64,000 nucleotides of DNA from Candidatus Thorarchaeota archaeon (GCA_021498125.1 JAIZWL010000001.1:1104099-1168098); one strand, 5' to 3'. Positions 28,340 through 38,348 are shown, numbered from the stretch's first letter. Program-made: numbers and translations. The notes: generated from the sequence alone by a model not told the origin.

Positions 28340-29121
28340 GCACCCTGCCGTGCAAGAGCTTTTTCCTGCTCGACTCTGAGCATGTCAAGAATCCTTGCGC
28401 GATATTCGAGACACACTGTGCTGGCTCGTATCCGTGGTCGCGGTAGGTCCACCTGATATTCGCCAATGATTCTAGCTGGAGTGTTGCTCAAGAGCAAGAT
28501 TCTATCCGACATAAAGACGGCCTCATCGACATTATGTGACACGAACAAGACGGTAGATCCAGTCTCTTTCCAGATACGCAGAAACTCTTCTTGAAGGTAA
28601 TTTCTCGTCTGAGCATCTAGGTTGGAGAGCCCCTCATCTGAAACAAGAATGTCAGGTTTAGTTATGAGGCTTCGTGCCATCTCTGTCTTTCTCGCCTGTC
28701 CGCCCGAGATCTCGTGCGGGTAGTTATTCTCAAGCCCTCTCATTCGAATCAGGTCTATCATCTGATCCGATAGTCTGTGGCGCTCAACCTCAGGGACCCC
28801 TTTGATCTCCAGACCGAACTCGATGTTCTCTCTCACAGTTCGCCATGGAAATAGGCTCTCTTGTTGGAATATATAGCCCACTCGACTATGGCCCATTTCT
28901 ACCTGCGTGTCATCAATGAGCACCTCTCCAGAATCGGGCTTGAGCAGTCCAGCAATTATTTTTAATAATGTGGTCTTACCACAACCTGACGGACCAAGGA
29001 TACTTAGGAATTCTCCCTCTTGGACATCAAACGACAGGTCGTCCAAGACCAATACGCGGTCATCATCCCCATTGTATGCCTTGACCACGTTTCTAACCGA
29101 GAGTTTTGGTCTCTCTTTCAT
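28336..29121 (-). CDS. ABC transporter ATP-binding protein (SsuB/TauB-like)
   Basis: Walker A GPSGCGKTT, signature ISGGQARK, Walker B ILVSDEGLSNLD and H-loop VSHN are present. The gene is convergent with the permease, and the two stop codons overlap (CTAA at 28336-28339). Confidence 0.9.
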   Translation of the reverse strand: MKERPKLSVRNVVKAYNGDDDRVLVLDDLSFDVQEGEFLSILGPSGCGKTTLLKIIAGLLKPDSGEVLIDDTQVEMGHSRVGYIFQQESLFPWRTVRENIEFGLEIKGVPEVERHRLSDQMIDLIRMRGLENNYPHEISGGQARKTEMARSLITKPDILVSDEGLSNLDAQTRNYLQEEFLRIWKETGSTVLFVSHNVDEAVFMSDRILLLSNTPARIIGEYQVDLPRPRIRASTVCLEYRARILDMLRVEQEKALARQGA

Positions 29122-29280
29122 GGGTTTTATTTCAAACCGTTTGGGTTATATACTATCTTATTTGTCATCGGACTTGACAACCTACAAAAGTACAAAAGGA
29201 TACCACTTACGGTATGTACTACGTACCAGTATTGTTGGACGAAATTTACTGTCGTTAAATTGGCACAGAAGGAATGAACA

Positions 29281-31584
29281 TTGGTACAACCACGCGTGTT
29301 GTTAGAAATTGAGGATGATACGAATACGAGCGCAATTGCCGTAGGTGATGTCACGTCATCCGGACGCCCAGAACTTCTTACCGGAGGTCGGGATGGGGTT
29401 CTGAAATTGTATGATGCGAACCAGAGCGAGATCCATCTCTTAGCACAGGCCGATCTTGGTGGTAGCATTCTTGCGGTTCGGATTGCTGATGCCAATAACG
29501 ATGGTCAAATGGAGATAATCGTTGCACGGAGTCTCTCTCCCGGCGAGAGTCCGGGATCTGGAGAGACACTGCAAGTCTATCGATACTCCCCCTCGGGTAC
29601 CTTCGAACTGTTAGGAGCGTATCCTATTGACAGATTTGTGACTACGCTCACGATCACCGACGTGACCGGCGATAATAAGAACGAGATTCTTGCTGGTGGC
29701 AGTGATTCGACGCTCCGTGTCTTGCAGATGGATCCTGACAACAATCTTACCGAGTTTATCAATCATCAGCTACGAGATATGCCTCTGACAATCGGGACCT
29801 GTGATGTTGTTGGTGACGAACATGAAGAGATCGTCATTGGAAACCGTGACAAGACGCTTCATGTGTTGAAGGTTGTTGATTCTTCAATACAAGAGATCGA
29901 TGTGATCGAGCTGCCCAGTCCAGTCATCTCAATTGCTGCCGGTGACCTTCTTGGTGACCGAAAGATGGAGTTGGGTGTAGTCACACATGATGGCTCGATC
30001 CGTGTCTATAGAAATGAAGAGAATAAATTAGAACTCTTCTCCAAACTTGAAAATGCAAATGCTCTCTCGATCCGGATTGCTGAGTTGAATGCGGATCATA
30101 TGGACGAGATCGTTATTGCCACTTCTGATTACAAGATCGACTATTACAATCTGTATATGGCTGAATTGAAAAAGATCGCAACTGTTGAAATTGGTTCAAA
30201 GATCCTCTCGCTTGCGGTTGGAGATGCAGGCGGTGATGACCGACTAGAAGTGCTTGTGGGCATTTCAAATGGTCCTCTCAAGATTGTCGAGGGACTCTAC
30301 CATCTCATTCCACGTTTTCAAGTCAAGCCCAAAGCCGAGTCTGGAACAGGCCTACTTGGAACACTTACCGTACTAAATGTGACCGATCAACCAGTCGCCG
30401 GAGTCACTGGGAAGCTCTACTGGTTCCCGAAAGAGATGATGGAAGTTTCACCTCAGCAGATTCGATTGGACATTGGCCCTCACGAATCGAAGACTATTGA
30501 GATTGATATTCTGCCTCGTGAAGAGGGAACCATTGTCATTCGTCCAATTGTTCTGATGTGGACCGATGAATCGGGAGGTGTCCGACAAGTGACCACTCCT
30601 GAGACCGCGGTCCTTGCTGAGGCTGGTACCGTGACTGCTGCACCAGCTGAAGCACCAGCCGTCACATTGGACGGAGTTGAAGAGTCATCAGCTAGCGATG
30701 AGGCATCCCCTCTCTTCTCTTCTGTCGGTGGAACTGGCTTCAAACCACTTACCGAGGCGGATCGTCAAGAGATTGAGGCACAGGCCTCAGGTACAACAGA
30801 AGATGCAGTACGACAGGCCGAGCAGCTCTTGGACCAGCTCTTTGGCGATGCGAGTACTGATGCACAGGCTGCCCTTGATGATGTGAAACGGATGATCGAG
30901 GGTGAACCCGCCTCTGCTGAGACCGCAACTGCTACAGAAGCTGAGGTCACAGAGGCACCGCCTCCAGTCTCTAATGAGAGCGCACTTGTCGCGGAGATCC
31001 GAAATCGGCCACCCAAGCCTCCTCCACCCAAGGCCGCCCCCGATGCGTATAGTTTCTTGTTTAAGGTCATGATCATTGGTGAGGGTGCAGTTGGTAAGAC
31101 TACCCTCGTCAATCGTTATGTGACAGGTTCGTTCGAACGCGATTACAAGACCACTATTGGTTCTCAGTTTGCCGTCAAGCTGACTCATATCTTCCCACCC
31201 GAGTCAGAGTATGCTGTTGGTATCAAGATACAGGCCTGGGACGTGGCAGGACAGGCGCGATTTGCAGCAGTACGGAAGATGTACTACAGTGGTGCCGCTG
31301 GTGTGATTTTGGTCTTTGATGTCACTCGTCGTCGTTCGTTCACCGAACTGGAAAAATGGGTCAAAGAGGCTGACGAATCAGTTGGCTCGAGAGTGCCAAT
31401 GGTTGTTGTCGGTAACAAGATCGACCTGCCTGATAGAATGGTCAGCGCAGAAGAGGCCAAGAAATGGGCTGAGGATCAAGGGTTTGTGTATATGGAGAGC
31501 AGTGCCAAGACTGGTGAGGGTGTAGCCGACATGTTTACAGTCCTTGCCGAGTTAATGTGGCGCGAGACCAATAACAGCAAATGA
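29281..31584 (+). CDS. Fusion protein: 7 FG-GAP-like propeller repeats, an Ig/CARDB-like domain, an acidic Ala/Pro-rich linker and a C-terminal Rab-like small GTPase
   Basis: Seven units resemble 'AVGDVTSSGRPELLTGGRDGVLKLYD'. In the GTPase, G1 is GEGAVGKT (31078-31101), switch I is YKTTIGSQF, G3 is WDVAGQARF, G4 is NKIDL and G5 is SAKTG. Rab-family-like YYSGAAG and LVFDVT are present. There is no C-terminal Cys. The ORF-track start is TTG 29281, and the true start is uncertain (GTG 29296 is an alternative). Confidence 0.85.
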   Translation: MVQPRVLLEIEDDTNTSAIAVGDVTSSGRPELLTGGRDGVLKLYDANQSEIHLLAQADLGGSILAVRIADANNDGQMEIIVARSLSPGESPGSGETLQVYRYSPSGTFELLGAYPIDRFVTTLTITDVTGDNKNEILAGGSDSTLRVLQMDPDNNLTEFINHQLRDMPLTIGTCDVVGDEHEEIVIGNRDKTLHVLKVVDSSIQEIDVIELPSPVISIAAGDLLGDRKMELGVVTHDGSIRVYRNEENKLELFSKLENANALSIRIAELNADHMDEIVIATSDYKIDYYNLYMAELKKIATVEIGSKILSLAVGDAGGDDRLEVLVGISNGPLKIVEGLYHLIPRFQVKPKAESGTGLLGTLTVLNVTDQPVAGVTGKLYWFPKEMMEVSPQQIRLDIGPHESKTIEIDILPREEGTIVIRPIVLMWTDESGGVRQVTTPETAVLAEAGTVTAAPAEAPAVTLDGVEESSASDEASPLFSSVGGTGFKPLTEADRQEIEAQASGTTEDAVRQAEQLLDQLFGDASTDAQAALDDVKRMIEGEPASAETATATEAEVTEAPPPVSNESALVAEIRNRPPKPPPPKAAPDAYSFLFKVMIIGEGAVGKTTLVNRYVTGSFERDYKTTIGSQFAVKLTHIFPPESEYAVGIKIQAWDVAGQARFAAVRKMYYSGAAGVILVFDVTRRRSFTELEKWVKEADESVGSRVPMVVVGNKIDLPDRMVSAEEAKKWAEDQGFVYMESSAKTGEGVADMFTVLAELMWRETNNSK

Positions 31585-31604
31585 TTACGCACGCTCATGA
31601 TCTC

Positions 31605-32204
31605 TCAGATTGGTCGTAGGTCTTTGACGGCATCTATGCCAGTTGCAAAGGCATTGAGATTCTCAGTAGTCCTTTTACCCATTGACTCGTAGCTCTGTCT
31701 GATAGATCTCTGAGAGATGGGTTGAACCTCAAGACCGACCATTATTCCCACAAGATAGGCGTTGAGAGATCTACTTGCAAGGTCGTTTGTCTGTATTGGC
31801 ACTCTATAGGTCGTTCCACATATTCCCGCAAGATGGGAGAAGATGTCGTCCAGCTCTGGATATTTGATAGTTCCTGCAAGAGTATCCAATGTGTCAACTT
31901 TTAGATCCGAAACTATCGCAATCGTGTTGGCTCCTGCAAAATCAATGGCTGCTCGAAGGCCCTCAAGTGGCTCTAATCCAAGCAGGACATGGAGCGCCCC
32001 CTTGGGAACTAAGGGCGCGACCTGTTGGTCCGCTAATCTGATATGAGTGGTGACAGCCCCTCCTCTCTGCGAAGCACCAAACGTCTGTCCAATTGTGGGG
32101 CTGAGACCATCTGCGATAGCTGCTCTGGCGAGCACTCTGCTGGTCACAAGATTCCCTTGGCCCCCAACACCAGTGATGACAATATTAAACGGTTGTTCGT
32201 CCAC
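31605..32204 (-). CDS. iorB: Indolepyruvate:ferredoxin oxidoreductase, beta subunit
   Basis: The segment 'FNIVITGVGGQGNLVTSRVLARAAIADGL...TFGASQRGGAV' is present. The gene lies immediately downstream of iorA, with a 3-nt gap. Confidence 0.85.
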   Translation of the reverse strand: MDEQPFNIVITGVGGQGNLVTSRVLARAAIADGLSPTIGQTFGASQRGGAVTTHIRLADQQVAPLVPKGALHVLLGLEPLEGLRAAIDFAGANTIAIVSDLKVDTLDTLAGTIKYPELDDIFSHLAGICGTTYRVPIQTNDLASRSLNAYLVGIMVGLEVQPISQRSIRQSYESMGKRTTENLNAFATGIDAVKDLRPI

Positions 32205-32207
32205 CTC

Positions 32208-34094
32208 TTATTCCTCCCTCTGGATTGCCTCATATGGGCAGACATCTATACAGGCCCCGCAGCGAACACATTGATCTTCAAGCACCACAGGAACTCTCTG
32301 CTCGCTATCCCATCCAAGTGCCACACAGGAGTATTGCCTGACACATATGCCGCATTGATTTCCTTTACAGCGATCCTTTCGGATTACGATCCTTGGCTTT
32401 TGTTGATAGATGGCCGGATCACGTCTTTGTTCTTCTAGCCGACACGAGCTTTTCACAATGACCACTTTGAGACCGATCTTGGTTATCATTGAATGGAATG
32501 TGTCTATGAGTTCTGGAATGTTCTCGCCATCTACCGAAGCGATGGCATCTGGTTTTATCGCTTCTACAACTCGCCTAATACTGACGGCTTTCTGGTGGGC
32601 GTTTCCGCCTTCCACTCCAGGGTGTGGTTGGAATCCGGTCATTGCAGTAGTCTTGTTGTCCACAATAATGAACATGACATCCGCATCTGTATGACGCGCA
32701 TTCACAAGTCCCGGTAAGCATGCATGAAAGAATGTAGAGTCTCCAGCAATAGTCGCCACTCTTGCAGAGTATCCAAAACGATGCAGTTGCCCGAGCCCAT
32801 TGGCCGTTCCGATTCCTGAACCCATTGCTTGCATCGTGTCCATTGTCCTATTGTAAAACACACCTAGAGAATAGCACCCGATGTCGCCCGTGACGACAAG
32901 TCGCCCATTAAGGCGTTGCTTTACTTTTCTTAAGGCCCAGTATACGTTCCTGTGAGTGCATCCTGCACAGAACGTTAGTGGGCGAGGAATCAGGATCTTT
33001 AAGGCCTTTGTCAGTATGTCTTCTCTTGGTGTTTTTTTCGGACGTGGCAGTTGAAGCACATCTTGAAGCGCATGAAGTACAATATCTATGGACAGCTCGC
33101 CCCACGAAGGGACTAATCCATCATGTTTTCCATGAAACGTCATTGTCAATGGTGGTATCTCAGTTGCCATGCTCGTGATACCATCCTCGAGGAACGGGTC
33201 CACTTCTTCAACAAAGAGCATCATCTCTTCTGTTTCAGCGATCGTTTTCTTGATCAGCGTTTCTGGTAAGGGATGTGTCGTGACCACTCCCACATGTCTG
33301 ATCCTCCTGTCAGATCCTATTCGCTGTATTGCCTCATTGGCGTAAAGTTGGCCAACCCCCGATGATAGGACTGTTAATCTGGGATCATCCGAATCGAGAA
33401 GCACTCTATTCCATGAGGATTGATCAAACTCTTTTCCGACACGTTTCAGGGTCTCCTGTAGGTCGCGGTCTCGATGATGCGGCCACGGGACATTGAATAG
33501 GCCCTCTGGTATTCTCTCCTCCAGTGCTATAGTCCGCTCTGGAATGTTTCCTAAGGTGACGATTGCTTGCGTGTGGCTCAATCTCGTAGTGCTTCTTATC
33601 ATGACGGGAATCTGTTCTCTCTGGGAGAGCGATATCGCATATGGGATGAGATCTTTGGCCTGCTGTGCTGTGGCAGGTTCTATCAGAGGAATCTTCGCCG
33701 CCTTTGCATAGAACCGCGAGTCCTGTTCATTACTAGAACTGTGTCCTCTCGGATCATCACAGACAACGATGACAAGGCCACCTTTTCCTGTGCCTGATAG
33801 ATTGAGGTTGAGAAGAAAATCGGCCGCCACATTTAGACCGAGTGATTTCATCGGGCAGATTGCAGGGATTCCAACCCAGCTCGCGGCTGCGGCGGTCTCC
33901 AATGCGACCTTCTCATTGACGCCCCATTCCACATACATTCCGGTCTCACGAGACCACTTCATCAATGTGGTCGTGATCTCTGTGGATGGCGTACCCGGAT
34001 ATGAAACGCATACGCCCACTCCTGCCTCAACCGCGCCTCGGGCTATGGCCTCATTGCCGCTCATGAGAATCCTTCGACCATCATCCTGAACCAT
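32208..34094 (-). CDS. iorA: Indolepyruvate:ferredoxin oxidoreductase, alpha subunit (TPP-binding, with 2x[4Fe-4S] ferredoxin domain)
   Basis: The N-terminus is 'ILMSGNEAIARGAVEAGVGVCVSYPGTPSTEI'. The TPP motif is 'IAGDSTFFHACLPGLVNA'. The C-terminus carries 'CKGNQCGICVRQYSC...CVRCGACIDVCPYEAI'. Confidence 0.9.
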   Translation of the reverse strand: MVQDDGRRILMSGNEAIARGAVEAGVGVCVSYPGTPSTEITTTLMKWSRETGMYVEWGVNEKVALETAAAASWVGIPAICPMKSLGLNVAADFLLNLNLSGTGKGGLVIVVCDDPRGHSSSNEQDSRFYAKAAKIPLIEPATAQQAKDLIPYAISLSQREQIPVMIRSTTRLSHTQAIVTLGNIPERTIALEERIPEGLFNVPWPHHRDRDLQETLKRVGKEFDQSSWNRVLLDSDDPRLTVLSSGVGQLYANEAIQRIGSDRRIRHVGVVTTHPLPETLIKKTIAETEEMMLFVEEVDPFLEDGITSMATEIPPLTMTFHGKHDGLVPSWGELSIDIVLHALQDVLQLPRPKKTPREDILTKALKILIPRPLTFCAGCTHRNVYWALRKVKQRLNGRLVVTGDIGCYSLGVFYNRTMDTMQAMGSGIGTANGLGQLHRFGYSARVATIAGDSTFFHACLPGLVNARHTDADVMFIIVDNKTTAMTGFQPHPGVEGGNAHQKAVSIRRVVEAIKPDAIASVDGENIPELIDTFHSMITKIGLKVVIVKSSCRLEEQRRDPAIYQQKPRIVIRKDRCKGNQCGICVRQYSCVALGWDSEQRVPVVLEDQCVRCGACIDVCPYEAIQREE

Positions 34095-34201
34095 TTCTTT
34101 CAGCTCTGTTTGATGTCATTCAGCCTCTCTCAAAACACTTTCGAGTTCTGCTTTACGTGAAAGAAACAGAAATATACTCCTCCTCTCGTCAATACTATGC
34201 A

Positions 34202-35293
34202 ATGAATGACTCTGAGTCGGCACGATCTTCAAAGATCAGTTCGTGCTTTTCTATCTCTCACGATAAAGACGTTGATGGTATTGCTTCTGCGGCCATTGTC
34301 TGGAGGTATGCCAAGAAGAAAGGATTGACCCATGATTTCACGCTCACGGATTATGGTTCTTTTGACAAGGCCTTCTCAAAGACTGCCGAGCTCCGTGACA
34401 CGCTGATAATAGTGACCGATCTTGGTCTAGATAATTCTTCTCGAAATGGTGTTATCGCAAATCTGTCAAAGGCCGTATCACGAGGCTGCCGTGTTGTCTG
34501 GCTTGATCATCATAGGTGGCCAGAGCAATCGATCCGATCCGTTCTTGGTCTGGGTAACAAGCCTGTTCTCAAGATCAACCATGATTATTGCGCTGCAGAA
34601 ATCGCATTCAAAGTCCTTATGCCACATGACAAGATCTCCGAAGAACTTTCGGTGATCGCTCACGATACCGACTTCAACCTGCGCGAGATCGAGGCTGCCA
34701 ACGCTCTGACCGATGCGGTCTCAATAATACGATTTCAGGCTCTTGACAAAAGAGAGGACATAACCTCTGGCCTCTTTCCGTTAGTCAAGGCATTGGCCGA
34801 GGAAGGTCTTGCCGGATTATGGGATGCTGAGCGACAACGATTCAAAGACGATCTGCTTGAGCAACGTGTTCATCACTACCGTAAGGAGAAGACCAAGCGA
34901 ATGCGTAAGGCTCTCTCTGGTCACTGTGATCTTAGGATACATGGCTATCTTGTACGCATTGTAGAGATGCCCACTGGTGTTACCTCTACAGACCTCGGGA
35001 CATACCTGGCCGACCCGAACAATCTGACGGTTGGAGATACCAAAATTCCAGTTGCTGATTTATTGGTCACAATAGGGCAAGGTGGTAAACTAGGCTTTCG
35101 ACGAGGGACTGAGCAGGTTCTCTGTGATGCAGCAGCCAAGCTCTTCAATGGTGGAGGTCATCCTTTCGCTGCTGGTGGTGACTACGGTATGTATGACGAT
35201 TTTGAGGCTGTCTGTGATGACATCTTTGCAACGCTCTCCAGCAATAAGGACTGGATTGTTGAGGGGCCTCAGGAATCAGCAGCATCCAGCTAG
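34202..35293 (+). CDS. DHH/DHHA1-family phosphoesterase (NrnA/RecJ-like)
   Basis: Motifs present are 'HDKDVDGIASAAI', 'IIVTDLG', 'WLDHHRW' and DHHA1 'GGGHPFAAGG'. The ORF opens at GTG 34157. ATG 34202 lies about 20 nt downstream of an AAATATA TATA-like box, so a leaderless start is plausible. Confidence 0.8.
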   Translation: MNDSESARSSKISSCFSISHDKDVDGIASAAIVWRYAKKKGLTHDFTLTDYGSFDKAFSKTAELRDTLIIVTDLGLDNSSRNGVIANLSKAVSRGCRVVWLDHHRWPEQSIRSVLGLGNKPVLKINHDYCAAEIAFKVLMPHDKISEELSVIAHDTDFNLREIEAANALTDAVSIIRFQALDKREDITSGLFPLVKALAEEGLAGLWDAERQRFKDDLLEQRVHHYRKEKTKRMRKALSGHCDLRIHGYLVRIVEMPTGVTSTDLGTYLADPNNLTVGDTKIPVADLLVTIGQGGKLGFRRGTEQVLCDAAAKLFNGGGHPFAAGGDYGMYDDFEAVCDDIFATLSSNKDWIVEGPQESAASS

Positions 35294-35296
35294 TGA

Positions 35297-36250
35297 TCAA
35301 ACGGCCTTTTCTAAAGATGCAGCGACCTGTTCGTTCGAATCTATAGATTGATCCCACAATCTATGCCACGTTAGAAGTGCATCCTTGATCAGTCTTGGTG
35401 TCCCTTTGTTGGTTGAGATTAGAACAAGCTCGGGTCTTGCTACATTTGTCATGAACATTGCAATTCGCTCGCTGTTAAGAGTAATGAAACGATAGGTGCT
35501 GTGAGGTCTAGGAAATATCCGTGTTATTATTCTATTATTACGTGTATGTTCTAACATCTCTTTGTGTTTCATTCGGAAAAAATTACTTGCCTCATCAATC
35601 TCACTCAAATCATCGGTCGTTGGAATGAACAATGATTTGACAATTGCGCCCCTTGCCAGAGCTTTTGCCATCTCCAGTTCCAACTTCCCCGTGTTCACGA
35701 GACCTTTATCGAGAATACGTAGAGGCGTTAGTGATCTGATGATGTCCCCTTCTTGGGCAGCTGCAAATATTGCTTGGGACGCGCTCATCTCCACATTTTC
35801 TGCGCCCTCTATAATGGCCGGGTCCTGGGATAGTCCGTTTTCATCTTCCTTATGCGTCATCAGATTGTAAAAGTCAGTCAAGTCTGTTGTTTCAAGTATC
35901 TCAATTTTACGATCTATTGTTTTGATATCGTCTTCAATTGCCTTGATGGCTCTCAATCTTCGGGCATTAAGAGCACGACATATCATCTCATTCGAAGTGA
36001 GGTAGAGATGTGGTCGTCGTATCTTGTCTGTGACCAGATATCCCTCAGCCTCGAGTTCTGATAATGTCTTGTAGACCCAATTTTTAGACACGCGGCTCTT
36101 TTTTCTTACTAACTCGTGGATGGCCCCAATTGTTGGTGCTATGGAAATGGCACCGTCGAAACATTTCACAACACCTAATGTCTGCATCTCTATTGATTCG
36201 GTATCGATGTCCATTGCCGCAATGACTCTCTCCATCTCTTTTTTCCTCAT
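35297..36250 (-). CDS. TrmB-like wHTH regulator, paralogue 1 (wHTH, coiled coil, TrmB_C-like domain)
   Basis: The wHTH is 'IGAIHELVRKKSRVSKNWVYKTLSELEAEGYLVTDKIRRPHLY'. A coiled coil ('RLRAIKAIEDDIKTIDRKIEILE') follows. The C-terminal domain carries the shared 'GDIIR' motif. Confidence 0.7.
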   Translation of the reverse strand: MRKKEMERVIAAMDIDTESIEMQTLGVVKCFDGAISIAPTIGAIHELVRKKSRVSKNWVYKTLSELEAEGYLVTDKIRRPHLYLTSNEMICRALNARRLRAIKAIEDDIKTIDRKIEILETTDLTDFYNLMTHKEDENGLSQDPAIIEGAENVEMSASQAIFAAAQEGDIIRSLTPLRILDKGLVNTGKLELEMAKALARGAIVKSLFIPTTDDLSEIDEASNFFRMKHKEMLEHTRNNRIITRIFPRPHSTYRFITLNSERIAMFMTNVARPELVLISTNKGTPRLIKDALLTWHRLWDQSIDSNEQVAASLEKAV

Positions 36251-36266
36251 AACGTATGTCCCCTCT

Positions 36267-37127
36267 TCAGATCATTGGTGTCGCTTCTGCGAACTCACTA
36301 TCGAAACTAGTTGTCATATCCTCCAGCAATTTGGGGTTTGCTTCGTGAGGAATATACTGTACCATCGGTTCAGGATAGTAACTGATGACCAAGATTCCTA
36401 TGTCACTGTTCTTCAAAAATGCCTCATAGGTCTTCTCGGTTTTTGAGCGTAGACGTATCTCTACGTTATCTGATGTCACCTTCATTAATTTGTAGAGCCT
36501 TCTCGTCACCTCGTAACTGGCGCGATCTATTAATTTTTTATCCGGTCCAAGTACCTTTACGAACGCGCCACGTACTAATAGGCGTTTCAGCATCTTCATT
36601 GTAACGCCGTCTTCTTTAAAGAAGCCTTTCTCTCCCCACCTCACAGACACCCTTATTATATCCCCTTTTCGTATGCGATTGACAAGTTTTTCATGAAGAA
36701 GCTTGATGAGTTGATTTCCACCTCTAGAGAATGATGACGTAGGTGGTTGTTCTTGTCTTAATAAGCGGGTTATGAAAAATGCGGACGTTTTTTGCATATC
36801 TTCTTGTGTAAGTTCTTCGAGAAGTCTTTTTCTGGCCTCTTGTTCGCGTTTTTGGAGTTTAAGTTCATTGAGCTTGTTTGCTTTTAGTCGGGATATCAGT
36901 GCGCGTACATATACATCATTAGTGTAGTACAATGTGCTGTCCGGTTCACGGATGACCTGAATCACGCCCTCCCTCTGTAGATCCAATAATATCTTGTATA
37001 ACGAAGTCCTTCTTCCGGGAGTATCATGGCGGATCCCTACAAAATCTCCTAATTCATTGAACGTGAGTGGGTGGTTGGCCTTTCCAAGCGTGAAGAGAAT
37101 TTTATATCTCTTGGCTTGTGGATTCAC
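36267..37127 (-). CDS. TrmB-like wHTH regulator, paralogue 2
   Basis: The wHTH is 'LTFNELGDFVGIRHDTPGRRTSLYKILLDLQREGVIQVIREPDSTLYY'. A coiled coil follows. The 'GDIIRVSVRWG...RGAFVKVL' segment aligns with paralogues 1 and 3. Confidence 0.7.
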   Translation of the reverse strand: MNPQAKRYKILFTLGKANHPLTFNELGDFVGIRHDTPGRRTSLYKILLDLQREGVIQVIREPDSTLYYTNDVYVRALISRLKANKLNELKLQKREQEARKRLLEELTQEDMQKTSAFFITRLLRQEQPPTSSFSRGGNQLIKLLHEKLVNRIRKGDIIRVSVRWGEKGFFKEDGVTMKMLKRLLVRGAFVKVLGPDKKLIDRASYEVTRRLYKLMKVTSDNVEIRLRSKTEKTYEAFLKNSDIGILVISYYPEPMVQYIPHEANPKLLEDMTTSFDSEFAEATPMI

Positions 37128-37177
37128 ACCTAGTATCTCTGCAAATTCCTTCAGGCTCTCTCTATATGTAGTCGTTC

Positions 37178-38224
37178 TTATTTCCCCCCTTTCTTGTGAA
37201 TCCTTGCTATTGCTCTAACAATTGGATTGTCTGGTTTCAGACCGATCTTTGTTGCTGTCGCGCTTGTCAATAGTTCAAATGGGATCGCCTTCTTCCATGT
37301 TCGATCAAACACTTGGTTAATGCTGTCTATTAAATCCGCATTGAACTCTCTCGTGAATAATGTTGTCACAACAGGGTTTTCAGTCAGAATCAGTGCAACA
37401 CGTTGATCATTCAGGCTCACATGATTATACGTGCGAGGTCCGTTTGTGACTGCAAGTAAGAACTTTCCTGGGCTCTCTTGATTGATACGATGAATCATTT
37501 GGAAGAACTGTAACATTGCTGACTCATCGAGTATTCCCTCTCTCTCATCAAGCAACTCGAGAAAATCTGATGTGATTATATATCTGACTTCAGCACCATT
37601 CATTGCCGCATCGATAAATTTCCGTGTACGCTCGAACCCTCCACTCACCAATGTTGTCACATACATCGCAGTCGTTCTGATAATGTCCCCCTTGCCAGCT
37701 GGCCTAGTGATATTGTTAAGAAGGAGCCGGTGCATCCCCTCTATCCCCTTGGCGAATCTCGTTGTAATGGAATCTTGTTTCCCCGAGATTGAAAAGACAA
37801 TTGTTTCAGCGAGTTGAGAACAATCCACATTTTTTATTTTCTTTATCTTTTCTGCTATTGCCGCCTGCTTTTGCTCAAGAGACTCCAAAATTTGGTACTG
37901 AATATTTTCAAGTGCATCTACTATAGTATGCACATCTATTATGTACTTGCGGCGTGACGCGGACGGGTCCTCGACTTTGACTATTCCCAAGCGTACAAGT
38001 TCCCTAAGATCACGGTGGAGTCCTACTCTTCCCGGTACGGGGTCTATGTGCTGTGTCTTTAGCTCCTCGTAGATCTCTCCAAATCTCAGAGGCTTGATCG
38101 TACTATCTCTCATAGACAACATAATCTTGATAATAGTGATATAGCGATTCCATTGTTTAGAATCTTGGTCAAGTCCAAGGGCCTTCAGTTCTTTTGCAAA
38201 CTTTTTATGCGTCATGTCGATCAT
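37178..38224 (-). CDS. TrmB-like wHTH regulator, paralogue 3
   Basis: The wHTH is 'LRFGEIYEELKTQHIDPVPGRVGLHRDLRELVRLGIVKVEDPSASRRKY'. A coiled coil ('LESLEQKQAAIAEKIKKIK') follows. The 'GDIIRTTAMY...NGAEVRYII' segment aligns with the other paralogues. Confidence 0.7.
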   Translation of the reverse strand: MIDMTHKKFAKELKALGLDQDSKQWNRYITIIKIMLSMRDSTIKPLRFGEIYEELKTQHIDPVPGRVGLHRDLRELVRLGIVKVEDPSASRRKYIIDVHTIVDALENIQYQILESLEQKQAAIAEKIKKIKNVDCSQLAETIVFSISGKQDSITTRFAKGIEGMHRLLLNNITRPAGKGDIIRTTAMYVTTLVSGGFERTRKFIDAAMNGAEVRYIITSDFLELLDEREGILDESAMLQFFQMIHRINQESPGKFLLAVTNGPRTYNHVSLNDQRVALILTENPVVTTLFTREFNADLIDSINQVFDRTWKKAIPFELLTSATATKIGLKPDNPIVRAIARIHKKGGK

Positions 38225-38348
38225 CCATTGTTCGTACCGATGTCATACTTGTAGCTTTATAACAATCAAAAAACAACATCTCTTTATATCCTTCTAGGAT
38301 GAATAATTTGTTCTTGTACTATTACAGGAATGCATGCGGTGATCGTTT

